Positions 37,184 to 47,103 of a stretch of 59,894 nt of DNA are shown here, one piece after another. A model generated the notes under the pieces. The model worked only from the letters and a program-made list of their open reading frames with translations, was not told where the DNA came from and did not search any database. Location: the IMG/VR virus record IMGVR_UViG_3300045988_042358, positions 1 to 59,894 of that record; one strand, 5' to 3'. The position numbers and the translations under genes are program-made. The first letter of the stretch is position 1; each line of letters starts with the position of its first letter. This DNA comes from a virus.

Positions 37184-38275
37184 TTAATCCTCCTTAACTT
37201 TGAGAACCATAACGCTATCCATACCCTCGAATGTAGGTAATCCAATCATAGATACGATACAGTGAGTATTGATAGGATGATTTGTAGCGTATGTGTATAC
37301 AGATACACCTGTCTCAACAAGTGAGAGGTTTCCGTCTGTGATACTTCCGCTTCTTTCCTCTGGAGTCTTACCAAACGTGTAATCGCCAAGGAATACTCCG
37401 GCAGACTGCGCAGATACAATGCCTGTTGGTACAAAGTACTGTGTCTGTCCTGCCTCATCAACATAGAGCTTATCGTATACCTCAATCTCGATACCATATC
37501 CTCTAAGGTATTCAGTAACCTGTCCTTGCTGTAATCTGATACCGCCGTTGTAAGCAGTGATACCGAGTACCTGCTTCTTTGTGTCCTCTGCCTTAAGCAC
37601 CATTTCCCAAGTCTCTGTATTCATGGTGAAACGAGTAAGTGAGTAGCCTGTAGCCTTTGCAAAGTCTCTACGAGCTGTGATAAGGTCATCAAGTGGTGCA
37701 CATGTGGTAGGCTTATCCCATGCGCTTGTGCCGGTAATTGACTTAAAGTGCTTTTCCTTATGCTCTGCGCCATTGTCGGCTGTGTAATCAACGACGTAGT
37801 TCTTATCGCCAAGTACAACCTTTACCTTTGGCACGCCATCTGTAGGTGCAAGTAACTGCCAAATCTGTCTCTCCGGTACAACTAATGCACCCTCAATTAA
37901 CATCATTGGTTTCTTTGAAATTTCACGTAATACGTTATTGGCAAGACTTGAGTTTTCAGAAGTTCTGTAATTGTCGTACTCCTGTTCCTCTTTCTCTGTT
38001 ACCATATATCCCTCACGATAAAATGGCATTGAGTTCTGAATGTCAGAGAAACCTCCAACATCTCTTAACTCTGCCTGTGCGTCAAAGTTTGAAGCTTTGA
38101 GTGATACCGGCAGTCCGTTCTTACCCTTGATAAATCTAAGGTCGAGTGAGTCCTGTTTACGTGTTCCGAATTTTTGTCTGCCAAGATAAGGGGCAGTTCC
38201 TAATGTCTTTTTGTAGTTATCCCACATTACACCGAGGCTTCTCGCTGTAAATGCTTCTGCTAATGGTAATGCCAT
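37184..38275 (-). CDS. major capsid protein (lambda gpE-like family)
   Basis: 363 aa after the scaffold and decoration-position genes. The N-terminal FTARSLGVMWDNYKK...YLGRQKFGTRK pattern is consistent with Phage_cap_E. Confidence 0.75.
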   Translation of the reverse strand: MALPLAEAFTARSLGVMWDNYKKTLGTAPYLGRQKFGTRKQDSLDLRFIKGKNGLPVSLKASNFDAQAELRDVGGFSDIQNSMPFYREGYMVTEKEEQEYDNYRTSENSSLANNVLREISKKPMMLIEGALVVPERQIWQLLAPTDGVPKVKVVLGDKNYVVDYTADNGAEHKEKHFKSITGTSAWDKPTTCAPLDDLITARRDFAKATGYSLTRFTMNTETWEMVLKAEDTKKQVLGITAYNGGIRLQQGQVTEYLRGYGIEIEVYDKLYVDEAGQTQYFVPTGIVSAQSAGVFLGDYTFGKTPEERSGSITDGNLSLVETGVSVYTYATNHPINTHCIVSMIGLPTFEGMDSVMVLKVKED

Positions 38276-38291
38276 GTTCTTCTACCTCCTT

Positions 38292-38642
38292 TTAAACCTG
38301 ACTTGCTACAATCTTTGGCGCACCATAGAAAGTAACTCTAGGTGTTGCAGTTCTAGCTGCGTCTGCGATTGAAAGTGACTTAACTTTATCCCAATCAATA
38401 GTTCCTTGATATACATATGTTCCAGGCGCGTCACCCATTGTTACATCTACATCGTGTAACAGATAGCCCTTGCACTCTGCATCATTGCTTGGGAATGGTG
38501 TACCGGCCGGTACAATCTTCATTCCGTTTTCGTCTGCACTTGTTTTCATTGTCTGTGGTACAAGGCACGCTGCACCCTCATAAGGGAAAAATTTTAAAAT
38601 TCCTTTACCCTGTGTAAAGTCTCTTACGATTGGCTTTCCCAT
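38292..38642 (-). CDS. putative head decoration protein
   Basis: 116-aa ORF between the scaffold and capsid genes. Assigned by synteny only. Confidence 0.4.
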   Translation of the reverse strand: MGKPIVRDFTQGKGILKFFPYEGAACLVPQTMKTSADENGMKIVPAGTPFPSNDAECKGYLLHDVDVTMGDAPGTYVYQGTIDWDKVKSLSIADAARTATPRVTFYGAPKIVASQV

Positions 38643-38658
38643 CGTTCTACCTCCTGTT

Positions 38659-39213
38659 TTAAATTACATAGCTGTTTTGACTTTCAGCACTTGCAACTGT
38701 ACCGAATGAGATTTGTTCTGCATTGGCTACATCTGCCGGCTTTGAGTCGGGTTCATTATTGTTACCGCCATTGCTTGGATTAGGAGTATTGTTAAGTGCA
38801 TTTTTCTCATACTCCGCTATTACATTGGCTTTCATGTCGGAAATAATCTTGCCAAGTGATGTTGTGTCAAAAGAGCCATCCTCTTTTACTACTGTCTTTA
38901 CCTGTTCTGCTGTAATTCCAAAATCTGACATAGCCTTCTCACGCAAGTCTCTGACAGCGTTATCTTTCTGTAGCTTGGCAATCTGCTGATTGGCTGTCTC
39001 TAAGGCTTTATTTGCCTTCTCAAGCTCCGTCATGTTGCCAGCCTGTAGCTCGTCAAGCTGTGTCTGTAGCTCGTCGGCTTTGTCGGCTTTAGCCTTGTAC
39101 TGATTGGCTTTCTCTTTCTCTCTTGCCATTTCCTCGCCGCTCTTGTTAAGCAAATTTGTTATCTGCTCGTCCGTTGCATCGGGAAAAAGTTTCAAAACAT
39201 CATTTCTTGTCAT
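38659..39213 (-). CDS. capsid scaffolding protein
   Basis: Start at MTRNDVLKLFPDATDEQITNLLNK after GGAGGT. Long charged coiled coil. Confidence 0.7.
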   Translation of the reverse strand: MTRNDVLKLFPDATDEQITNLLNKSGEEMAREKEKANQYKAKADKADELQTQLDELQAGNMTELEKANKALETANQQIAKLQKDNAVRDLREKAMSDFGITAEQVKTVVKEDGSFDTTSLGKIISDMKANVIAEYEKNALNNTPNPSNGGNNNEPDSKPADVANAEQISFGTVASAESQNSYVI

Positions 39214-39302
39214 TTCATTACCTCCGTAACTCACGCTTTTGTTATCGCTGGTCGCACCAGCCGAGTTTTTCTGTTGTTTAACGCACAACTGCAAATTTTT
39301 GT

Positions 39303-39342
39303 ATAATAAAAAGCAACCTATAAGTATTCCTTACAAGTTGCT
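39303..39342 (-). terminator. putative intrinsic terminator between the minor head and scaffold genes
   Basis: On the minus strand: AGCAAC...GTTGCT stem followed by TTTTTATTAT. Confidence 0.45.
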
Positions 39343-39344
39343 CA

Positions 39345-39971
39345 TTATTTGTAATATTTAACACTGCACCGGCAGTTAGAAATCTCTTTTACCTCTGCGC
39401 CTAGCGAATGGTCTTTTGGAAACATCATCAGTGAATTTCCAACTTCAAATGGCTCAAAAATATCAATTCTCTTTCTGTCAACTTCTGCATGTGTAGGTCT
39501 GACATGTGAATCTTCTTTTGAGCGCCACTCTTTTGTTTTGTAACCTTGTTTCACCATTTCAGTTTGTAATCTGTAATTGCCGACTGCATTAGCTTCATTT
39601 GCAGCTACATTTTTTGCTCGTTTTTGTGAAGTAAAATACTCCACTTCAATATTTTGTTCAGTAGCGTCAACCACCTCATTCACAATATACCGGGCATAAT
39701 CCGTAATATATGAGGGTGTTTTCTTTGCCTTACAATACTGCGTGGCAATGCTCTCATATCTGATGATAAATTCTTTAGTGATAGTGGTTATCTCTGTTTC
39801 TTCCTTGCCGGATAGCAAAGCAAATAGCATAACAAAGATTTTTTCAAACTTTTCAGCAAGTTTTTTTCTATCTTCCTTTTCCTCGTCAGATAAATCCATC
39901 TCACCAAAATATGTATCATAATCTATGTCTTGTATTTCATTTTTGTTAAGTGCGTGGATTTCATCTGCCAT
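39345..39971 (-). CDS. minor head protein (Mu F / SPP1 gp7 family)
   Basis: WRSKEDSHVRPTHAEVDRKRIDIFEPF...SNCRCSVKY. Confidence 0.8.
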   Translation of the reverse strand: MADEIHALNKNEIQDIDYDTYFGEMDLSDEEKEDRKKLAEKFEKIFVMLFALLSGKEETEITTITKEFIIRYESIATQYCKAKKTPSYITDYARYIVNEVVDATEQNIEVEYFTSQKRAKNVAANEANAVGNYRLQTEMVKQGYKTKEWRSKEDSHVRPTHAEVDRKRIDIFEPFEVGNSLMMFPKDHSLGAEVKEISNCRCSVKYYK

Positions 39972-40000
39972 ATCAAGCTCCAAAATAAATCGACAGCCAA

Positions 40001-41452
40001 TTATTCATCGGCTGTCTTTCCATTGTTCTTATCATTGTTATTATTGTTAGGTGTAGCTGTTGTCGGCTGTTCTTCCGGGAATAACATTTCCATGCGCTTA
40101 GCACTTTCAAGAGTGACTTGTTCAGGGTCACTAAACATGTCAATCGTTTTGACAGCTCTTTTGTAATTGATACCGCACCTAAGTAATATTTCAAGCACCT
40201 CTGCTTTAACAAGCATGTTATCTAGCTTATTATGATTAATGTGTATCTCAACATCGCTAGGCATAAGCGTAAAGCCCTTATTAATTCTCAGCCTGTTAAG
40301 AATAAGCCTAAGTGCCATTCTCTCTGATTTCTTGAGGATAGGCTCATTAATAGCCGTCCTAAGTCCGGCATCATAATGTCCGTTTCGCAGTTCTACAGCC
40401 GAGCCGGTATCACCGCCTGTGTTGCCCTGACGATTTGCAAGGCCTTGAATACTTAAAAATCTTTCAAAAAGGTCAGTAAATACCACCTGTCCCTCTGTCT
40501 GATTAAGTTCGCTCGTCATTACATCAACATCAGCCTTGTTGTCTGAACCATTGTTAGATTTAACTACCAGTGCTCCCTCTTGTCGCATTTTTCTGAATGT
40601 ATCTATGTCAATCTCGCAATTAACGAATTTCACCCATGCAGACACAAACTGCTCGACACCATTAATTCTGTCCGATGTAAGCACGTTGATAGCGTCTGTG
40701 ATTGCAATAGTCATTTCAATATCAGATAATCGTCTTGCATTGTTTGGATATTCAATCACCGGAATTGCTCTATTGCCGTTTGTTCCGCTTGCATAAATCT
40801 TGTCGTTGCGAATATCAAACCACTCATTGTCGGTGAACACATAATAAATATTTGCTCCGTTCTCATCCTCTCCGATTTGACAAGAGAATGCCGGACGTCC
40901 GTTTGAGTAGTATGCTACAAAGGTATACATTGGATTTTCAGACGATAAATAAAAATCACTTTCATCAAGCAACTGTCCTTGTCCATCATCGTTACCGATG
41001 AATCTGTAGCCGGTACCGCATATGCTTCTCCAACGATGTATGTCTATGTCACACTCCTGTTTGCTTTCTGAATCCATTGTAATGTTAAGCTGTGTGATTT
41101 CTTCCGACTTATGGTTATCAGTGCCACGTAGCACGTATTGGATTGGCTCGGCGCACATCTCTGCGGTCTTACGCTCAACAAGCTCATATGCAAGATTTAC
41201 GGCAATCTTGTTATTGATTTCCGGGCGGTTCACTTTCTGCCGGTACAAAATCGGTTGGTCACCACGATAGTATCTGTCAAGATACTCAATCTCAATAGCA
41301 TTTTGCTCGTGAATTACAAGTGCTTTATTCAGTTCTTCGATTATGTTGTTTTTTGTGATTTGCCTTTTACGTGTGAAAATAACTTGTCTGCCGTAATTAT
41401 TTTGGCAAACAGCCGAAAAAGGTCTTACGTTTTTATGAGCATATCTATACAT
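40001..41452 (-). CDS. portal protein (SPP1 gp6-like)
   Basis: Start at MYRYAHK with an ATGA overlap on the upstream stop. EIEYLDRYYRGDQPILYRQK...NNKIAVNLAYELV. Confidence 0.8.
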   Translation of the reverse strand: MYRYAHKNVRPFSAVCQNNYGRQVIFTRKRQITKNNIIEELNKALVIHEQNAIEIEYLDRYYRGDQPILYRQKVNRPEINNKIAVNLAYELVERKTAEMCAEPIQYVLRGTDNHKSEEITQLNITMDSESKQECDIDIHRWRSICGTGYRFIGNDDGQGQLLDESDFYLSSENPMYTFVAYYSNGRPAFSCQIGEDENGANIYYVFTDNEWFDIRNDKIYASGTNGNRAIPVIEYPNNARRLSDIEMTIAITDAINVLTSDRINGVEQFVSAWVKFVNCEIDIDTFRKMRQEGALVVKSNNGSDNKADVDVMTSELNQTEGQVVFTDLFERFLSIQGLANRQGNTGGDTGSAVELRNGHYDAGLRTAINEPILKKSERMALRLILNRLRINKGFTLMPSDVEIHINHNKLDNMLVKAEVLEILLRCGINYKRAVKTIDMFSDPEQVTLESAKRMEMLFPEEQPTTATPNNNNNDKNNGKTADE

Positions 41453-41667
41453 CAATAAAACCTCATGCCACTTGCAGAAGTTCTCTGTGGAACCTCTTTT
41501 ATCTGAAATTCTTGTGTGCCAGCCCAAAACCATATCCATTTACGGCAGTGCGTACACATTACTTTGTGGTGCTTCTTATCATTTTTATTTACCCACGTTA
41601 ATAGCTTTCCGCAACGAGGGCACATTACACTTCGTTTTCCTGTTGGTACAATATTCTGATTATTCAT
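41452..41667 (-). CDS. hypothetical zinc-ribbon protein
   Basis: CPRCG...CTHC. Coupled to the portal start. Confidence 0.5.
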   Translation of the reverse strand: MNNQNIVPTGKRSVMCPRCGKLLTWVNKNDKKHHKVMCTHCRKWIWFWAGTQEFQIKEVPQRTSASGMRFY

Positions 41668-41683
41668 GTTGTCCTCGTTTCAC

Positions 41684-41712
41684 AAAAAATAGCACCCACA
41701 ATCTGTGAGTGC
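41684..41712 (-). terminator. putative intrinsic terminator inside the packaging/morphogenesis operon
   Basis: On the minus strand: GCACUCAC-AGAUU-GUGGGUGC (one G.U pair) followed by UAUUUUUUG. Confidence 0.5.
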
Positions 41713-41800
41713 CGTTTCTTAAAGAGATTTTCGCAATGAACGAATTACATTTTTTTCATCTTACACATTATCACATTCTAAGCGAACCGAACGAACAAAC

Positions 41801-42235
41801 TTACATTTTCTTAAAAAATCTTTCAAACTCCATTCTTACGCTATCTGCTGTGGCTTTACCGCCAAGCGCATATGCCGTCTGTAACCATGATTTATTTTCC
41901 AAAAATCTAAAATTAATTATTCTTCTCATTCTGCTATCATCAAGGCTTGCTATAAATTCCTCTACATCGTTTGTCTTTTCAAGCAAATCATCTTGTAAAA
42001 GCTGTAATGTAGTCATTCTTGAGTACAATAACGTGCGCTTGCGTCCGTATTCAGGGTATGGCACGCCCTCGATTTTGAAGTGCTGTGTGCCACCCATGCC
42101 TCCTGACACAGTGTCAATCACGCTTTCTCCGCTTTCTATCTTTTCAAGGTCATCTCGCAATTTAGCAATTTTCTTTCTAACCTCTTTGATTTCCTCTTGT
42201 AAGTCTGAATACTGTGATAAAACTTCCTTTGTCAT
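41801..42235 (-). CDS. hypothetical coiled-coil protein with a C-terminal HTH-like region
   Basis: 144-aa ORF whose start abuts the TerL stop at 42235. RMRRIINFRFLENKSWLQTAYALG resembles a sigma-r4/ArpU-like HTH (weak). Confidence 0.45.
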   Translation of the reverse strand: MTKEVLSQYSDLQEEIKEVRKKIAKLRDDLEKIESGESVIDTVSGGMGGTQHFKIEGVPYPEYGRKRTLLYSRMTTLQLLQDDLLEKTNDVEEFIASLDDSRMRRIINFRFLENKSWLQTAYALGGKATADSVRMEFERFFKKM

Positions 42236-44004
42236 TAATAAAGCCCTCCTCTGAACGGATTGTGTACTGCTTCAACCTTTGCTATCCGCTTTTCCCTAAA
42301 AATCATATCGCACAACTGCGCTGTAGAATCCACACCATCATCATGTTTCATTTTTCCCTCATATGTGCAAGAAAGAACGTTTTGAAAATATTTCTTGTAT
42401 TCCTTAGTTTGTCTTTCAAGTTTTATGAAATGCAGTTTTCTTATATCCGGCGCATGATTTTTAATTCTGTCCATTTTTGCAGTTTTGTTATCTGCCGGGT
42501 CATGGCTTGTCAATATCGGGTAGCAATCTTTCTTCCATACTTTCTCGCACTCCAAACGATAGGCAGATGTTGTTTTTGTTTCCTCAAAATGTACCTCTGC
42601 TGTTTTATTTGGGAATTTATCTAAGTGGCTTTCCATCCTACTTGTTACTTCGGGAATTGTTATATCCTTATCGCCATCGTTATACACAACATCCACGATA
42701 TAGTATTCCTTTTCAATCTCATAGCAAATCGGCATTGATACAAAGTCTCCACCGCCATATGCCGGGTCGTTTGCTGAAAAAATTCTATCAGGTCTTATCC
42801 CCTCAATCTCTGCCGGGTCAAAAAAGTTCATGTTATCAATATTGAACATCTGACCTTTTCTTTCTATCGGCTCTTGCTGATATTGGGCGAACCATGAAGC
42901 CATATCGTCATTATCTTCAAATGAAGCCATTCTGCGCTTATAATCTAATGTGGAATATCCCAATTTGTAGGGATAATCAAAATTGCTCTCATTGTTTTCG
43001 TTGAGTGCCGGAATTATAACCTCTCTATGACGTATGTTTTTATATTCAGGATTATTTGCAAGCAATTCAAGCCTGCGCCCTTGTACATCTCTTGGTGCCC
43101 ATCTCGTGCCTATTCCTAACAGCTTTGCTTTGCCGGGCTTAATTCTCGGCATAAAGTTATTATCAAACTTTCCCCAAACTGTAGCCTGTCTGTCCTCGCT
43201 TAATGCTTCATCAATACCACTAAATAAATCGTCATATACTCCCAAGCCGTCACAGTCACACGCTCCGTTCAGTGTTCCGTATATAGAACGCATGGTAAAT
43301 GTCGGGTATGTTTTTTTACGCAAGAAGTCTATTGTAAGGTCTTTTCCGTCTGTAATAGCTTTTTTCTCTACAATTTTAGGGTAAATATCTTTGTAGGTGT
43401 ACGTTGGGTCATTTACCATTTCTAACGTACCATCGTAAAATCCTCCGGTTATTTTGTCAGAATATGCCGAATATAGATTTGACCTCTCGGGTCTGTTTGA
43501 GCCAAACCACAAATTACCCATTTTAACGATTTGAGTCTTTCCGATACGTCCGGGGCAAAACACCATGCCCTCATCAAGTTTGTCATCGTACAAATCTTGA
43601 ATGAGTTGTGCGACTTCGCTTAACGGATTTCTTCTCGGCAAATAAAATCTTTCCCATGGTGGACGATTTTTTTCCATGTAAATCATAAAGCTCTCAAACT
43701 TATAGTGAGCTTCTATCAGAAATAAATCAAAATAGTAATTAACTAAGTTATATGGTGTGGTCTCATGTTTGAAATGGTAATAATCCAATTCCCAAATCGT
43801 ACCACCTGTTTTTGCCATGCAAAAATCCTCTATAAGTTTTTTTACTCTCTTAGTAAGCTGTAGTCCATATTCAATGTCTTTCTCACCATTTACGGCTACG
43901 TTACAAGCGTTTACATAAGCATTGATGAACGGAATATCAATTTCATTTCTCTCTATGTAATTTTCATAACTATCAACTGTGGAAATAAGGCTCTGACTAG
44001 CCAT
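42235..44004 (-). CDS. terL: terminase large subunit
   Basis: Start at MASQSL after GGAGGTG. Walker A-like CPGRIGKTQ. Size and position upstream of the portal fit TerL. Confidence 0.8.
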   Translation of the reverse strand: MASQSLISTVDSYENYIERNEIDIPFINAYVNACNVAVNGEKDIEYGLQLTKRVKKLIEDFCMAKTGGTIWELDYYHFKHETTPYNLVNYYFDLFLIEAHYKFESFMIYMEKNRPPWERFYLPRRNPLSEVAQLIQDLYDDKLDEGMVFCPGRIGKTQIVKMGNLWFGSNRPERSNLYSAYSDKITGGFYDGTLEMVNDPTYTYKDIYPKIVEKKAITDGKDLTIDFLRKKTYPTFTMRSIYGTLNGACDCDGLGVYDDLFSGIDEALSEDRQATVWGKFDNNFMPRIKPGKAKLLGIGTRWAPRDVQGRRLELLANNPEYKNIRHREVIIPALNENNESNFDYPYKLGYSTLDYKRRMASFEDNDDMASWFAQYQQEPIERKGQMFNIDNMNFFDPAEIEGIRPDRIFSANDPAYGGGDFVSMPICYEIEKEYYIVDVVYNDGDKDITIPEVTSRMESHLDKFPNKTAEVHFEETKTTSAYRLECEKVWKKDCYPILTSHDPADNKTAKMDRIKNHAPDIRKLHFIKLERQTKEYKKYFQNVLSCTYEGKMKHDDGVDSTAQLCDMIFREKRIAKVEAVHNPFRGGLY

Positions 44005-44108
44005 AAGAAAAGCACCTCCACTTTTAAAAAGCAAAGGTGCTTATAGACCTCTGCCTATAACTGTTTTAGGGTAGCGACTACAATCAATCTGTAGCCGGTA
44101 ATGCATGT

Positions 44109-44576
44109 TTACAAAATATTCATTTTATTGAACGTAGAAAAGATTTTCGGGGCTTGAATTGCAAGCCAGTCAACCATTTCCTCATTCACCGCCCATGCGT
44201 CCGAAGCGTTTGAATTTTCCGCAAGTCCGCTCTCAAATAAAAATGCATGAATTACTTCATGTCGCATAATAGCTTTTTTATGCTCTTCAAGGTTTTTCTT
44301 CATTCCTTTTTCGTTAATTATGCTTTTCATATCATCAACAACTATTGTCTTAGTTGATGTATCTGTATAGCCATCGACATCCGCAAGCTCCGGAAACGTT
44401 GTTTGAGAGCCTTGTACTACTTTATATTCTGTTCCAAGAATATCTATTTTCATCGTATCATCGCAAATAAGTAACCCGTTCTGTGATGCTTTTATTCCTG
44501 ACTTGGCTTCGTCTAATTCTTTTCGAAGTCTTGTTATTCCTTTTTCCATTTCCTTAATTGTGCCTTGGTACTCCAT
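44109..44576 (-). CDS. putative zinc metallopeptidase (HExxH)
   Basis: AIMRHEVIHAFLFESGL. Confidence 0.45.
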   Translation of the reverse strand: MEYQGTIKEMEKGITRLRKELDEAKSGIKASQNGLLICDDTMKIDILGTEYKVVQGSQTTFPELADVDGYTDTSTKTIVVDDMKSIINEKGMKKNLEEHKKAIMRHEVIHAFLFESGLAENSNASDAWAVNEEMVDWLAIQAPKIFSTFNKMNIL

Positions 44577-44638
44577 GTATTCACTCCTTAAAGTAAAGTA
44601 ATGTAATGACTAACTATTTGTTGGCCGGTAAAATTTTG

Positions 44639-45028
44639 TTAGATTGCTGGCATTGCTTCATTGCAAACAGACATGTGTAATTTATTACAAAGTGAATTAT
44701 AGTCATTAATTACATACTGCGCCGGAATATGATAGTTTTTAATTCCATATCTTGAAGCAACATCATTTTCAATGTAACATCCATTCCAATCCCAAGCATC
44801 GTTTATTCCAATGAATACATCAGCCTGTGCCAGCTTCTTAAGGCTTTCACCTAAATACCATACAGCTTCTTTGCTATCTTTAGGTGGGTTATCCTCAATG
44901 TAGCTGTCGATAAGCTCTAATTCCTCGCCCTCGTATATTTCAGCAATCTTTTTCATCTTCTGAATACTAGCTTTGATTTCTTCCTCTGTTCTGCCTTTCA
45001 TCGGCACACTTACAAATAACTTCTTCAT
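44639..45028 (-). CDS. hypothetical protein (nucleoside 2-deoxyribosyltransferase-like/DUF4406-like pattern, weak)
   Basis: MKKLFVSVPMKGRT...LAQADVFIGINDAWDWNGCYIENDVA. Confidence 0.35.
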   Translation of the reverse strand: MKKLFVSVPMKGRTEEEIKASIQKMKKIAEIYEGEELELIDSYIEDNPPKDSKEAVWYLGESLKKLAQADVFIGINDAWDWNGCYIENDVASRYGIKNYHIPAQYVINDYNSLCNKLHMSVCNEAMPAI

Positions 45029-45112
45029 GCTCTCCGTCTCCTTTTCTGTGTTTTATCAACCTTTATCTTTCTAAGGTCAGCAACTACAATTAGTCCGTAG
45101 TCGGTAAAATTT

Positions 45113-45505
45113 TTATTTGCCAATTCCTACAGTTCCTAGGTATTCAACACTGTCTTTTGAAGTATAGACAATGACTTTATCGCTGTGAACTATATTAGGT
45201 CTTTCTGTGACTTTGATTTTGTTGTCATTTTCTACAAAAATAAATTCAACGCTTCCCTCGTAGGTTATCAGTTGTCCATTTATGCAAACTGTAATTATCT
45301 CATAGTTGTAAGCGGGAGTAGATGAAGCTGTACTTTGGTATCTAGCATAAATCCCACTTTGTATCTCTTCTATTTCACATTCGTATTTTTCGGTTTTATT
45401 AGCCCAATTTAAAAATAATATCAGTGCAACAACAATAACAATAATGGGAATAATGGTTTTAAAAAATTTTTTCATAAAATCTCTTTTCTGCTGATAATCA
45501 GCCAT
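45113..45505 (-). CDS. hypothetical membrane-anchored protein
   Basis: N-terminal TM segment FFKTIIPIIVIVVALILFL. Confidence 0.5.
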   Translation of the reverse strand: MADYQQKRDFMKKFFKTIIPIIVIVVALILFLNWANKTEKYECEIEEIQSGIYARYQSTASSTPAYNYEIITVCINGQLITYEGSVEFIFVENDNKIKVTERPNIVHSDKVIVYTSKDSVEYLGTVGIGK

Positions 45506-45727
45506 TTAATTCCACTGCCATTCCATTTCCTCTTCGCTAAGATATTTATGTCTCACTCTATACCTGTCAATATCTTCTTCTGCGAATGTAATTATACTGT
45601 TTGCAAGCCTTACATAAACTTCGTATTCGTATTTTCCGTCTGATTTTTCCCACGTTTTACAGATAACTCCTATGTCCGACTTGTTTACAACAACAATATC
45701 TCCAAAAAGAAATCTAGGTTTATTCAT
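45506..45727 (-). CDS. hypothetical protein
   Basis: Start at MNKPRF after GAGGAGGG. Confidence 0.45.
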   Translation of the reverse strand: MNKPRFLFGDIVVVNKSDIGVICKTWEKSDGKYEYEVYVRLANSIITFAEEDIDRYRVRHKYLSEEEMEWQWN

Positions 45728-45754
45728 CTTTGCCCTCCTCAACAGCTCCATCAA

Positions 45755-46126
45755 TTATCGTTCTAATTCATCAATCCTACTTTCAAGTACATTTATGTAC
45801 TCTCTCATTTTTTGTCCGTCCTTTTCCGAAAGACATTCAGCACTAACAGTACCTATTTTCCACGATATGTACTTTAAGTATTGGATTGCATTTTCAACTT
45901 TGGTATCGTCACGATTAAGCTCTTCGCATAAGCGCTTAGCAATATCTTTAAAAGGCTGTGGATTGTCTAGCCTTGAATTAGCTTCTGCTATAGAACAATG
46001 CTTATATTGTATTATCGTATCCATTGCCCAGTCTCTTGTTAGGTTTACGCCTAAAAATCGGTCTGTAGCTGTATTCCATATGGCATATAAGTTATCTATA
46101 TCATCTTGTAATGCGACTATTAACAT
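45755..46126 (-). CDS. hypothetical protein
   Basis: Start at MLIVALQ after GGAGGA. The ORF is open to 46150. Confidence 0.45.
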   Translation of the reverse strand: MLIVALQDDIDNLYAIWNTATDRFLGVNLTRDWAMDTIIQYKHCSIAEANSRLDNPQPFKDIAKRLCEELNRDDTKVENAIQYLKYISWKIGTVSAECLSEKDGQKMREYINVLESRIDELER

Positions 46127-46424
46127 TTTCATCCTCCACAATTCCATCAATTATTGCTCTTTCAAGAAATTCTTCGATATTTTCTCTTCCTCCGCCAATA
46201 GGCATTTTATTATACAATTCAATGAATTGTTGCTTTGTTAATGGTTTCCAATGAGGATTGTCTCTCTTGCATTTAAAATTCATAGCTCCCGGACCGCATA
46301 CATATTGTTCATTTCCATTCGTATCAACAAAGGGACCGGTACAAAGGTCGCAGTTCATTATATGCTCACAAGGTTTTAGTTCGTGGCTGTATCCACTACA
46401 AAGCATTGTGCTTAGATACTCCAT
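46101..46424 (-). CDS. hypothetical Cys-rich protein
   Basis: 107-aa ORF in the operon. Confidence 0.45.
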   Translation of the reverse strand: MEYLSTMLCSGYSHELKPCEHIMNCDLCTGPFVDTNGNEQYVCGPGAMNFKCKRDNPHWKPLTKQQFIELYNKMPIGGGRENIEEFLERAIIDGIVEDENVNSRITR

Positions 46425-46428
46425 AATC

Positions 46429-46620
46429 TCACTCCCTGTTTAGCTTATTTACATATCTTGTCATTTCAATTCGTGTTCCGTTTTCATCATTTGTGTATAC
46501 ATTTACACATCTTGCAGAACTGCTTGTCGCATCTCCAAGCGTTATTTCCGTTTTATCATCATCAAACTTGTAACATTTACGCATTTCTTCAATGCAGTTG
46601 TTCATTTCAGTTATTTTCAT
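46429..46620 (-). CDS. hypothetical protein
   Basis: 63-aa ORF in the operon. Confidence 0.4.
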   Translation of the reverse strand: MKITEMNNCIEEMRKCYKFDDDKTEITLGDATSSSARCVNVYTNDENGTRIEMTRYVNKLNRE

Positions 46621-46631
46621 AACCTTGCCCC

Positions 46632-46874
46632 CTAAATTCTTGCAACTATGTGTTCTTTTGCAAAATCTTTTTTAGCTTCATCGTAAATAACTGAGCCATT
46701 TTTATCAGTTTTCAGTCTATCAAATTCGCAAGTAACCTTTATACCGTCTTGGCTACTGCATTCTGCATGATAATCAATGACACATACTTTCTTCCGCCAT
46801 TTCCCATTGGCATAAATCTTTGTGTAACCGCCAGCTCTTGTTTTAATGATTATTTTACTTCTTGTTTTCTTCAT
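46632..46874 (-). CDS. hypothetical protein
   Basis: 80-aa ORF in the operon. Confidence 0.4.
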   Translation of the reverse strand: MKKTRSKIIIKTRAGGYTKIYANGKWRKKVCVIDYHAECSSQDGIKVTCEFDRLKTDKNGSVIYDEAKKDFAKEHIVARI

Positions 46875-47103
46875 TTATGCACAACACCCTTTCTGACACT
46901 TCGACACATTCTTCTCTTTTTTCTTGATTGGTACATTTACCATCTGCATTGTATCGGCAAGAAGCTAGATTGCATGTTTTATTTGTATAAGCATTATTCA
47001 CATTATCAATCCATTCACGAAACGGAATATTGTTGATTGTAACATTGTCTAATGCTTCATCAGCTATCTCCTGTACCATTTTTCTGTACTGAAATTCCAT
47101 CAA
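46855..47103 (-). CDS. hypothetical protein
   Basis: 82-aa ORF in the operon. Confidence 0.4.
   Translation of the reverse strand: MMEFQYRKMVQEIADEALDNVTINNIPFREWIDNVNNAYTNKTCNLASCRYNADGKCTNQEKREECVEVSERVLCINEENKK

Noticed and set aside
41709-42254. Plus-strand ORFs of 181 aa (41709..42254) and 189 aa (45672..46241).
   Set aside because: Both are fully antisense to well-supported, RBS-preceded minus-strand genes. Their low-complexity Ser/Leu/Phe-rich translations are typical of shadow frames in AT-rich DNA.
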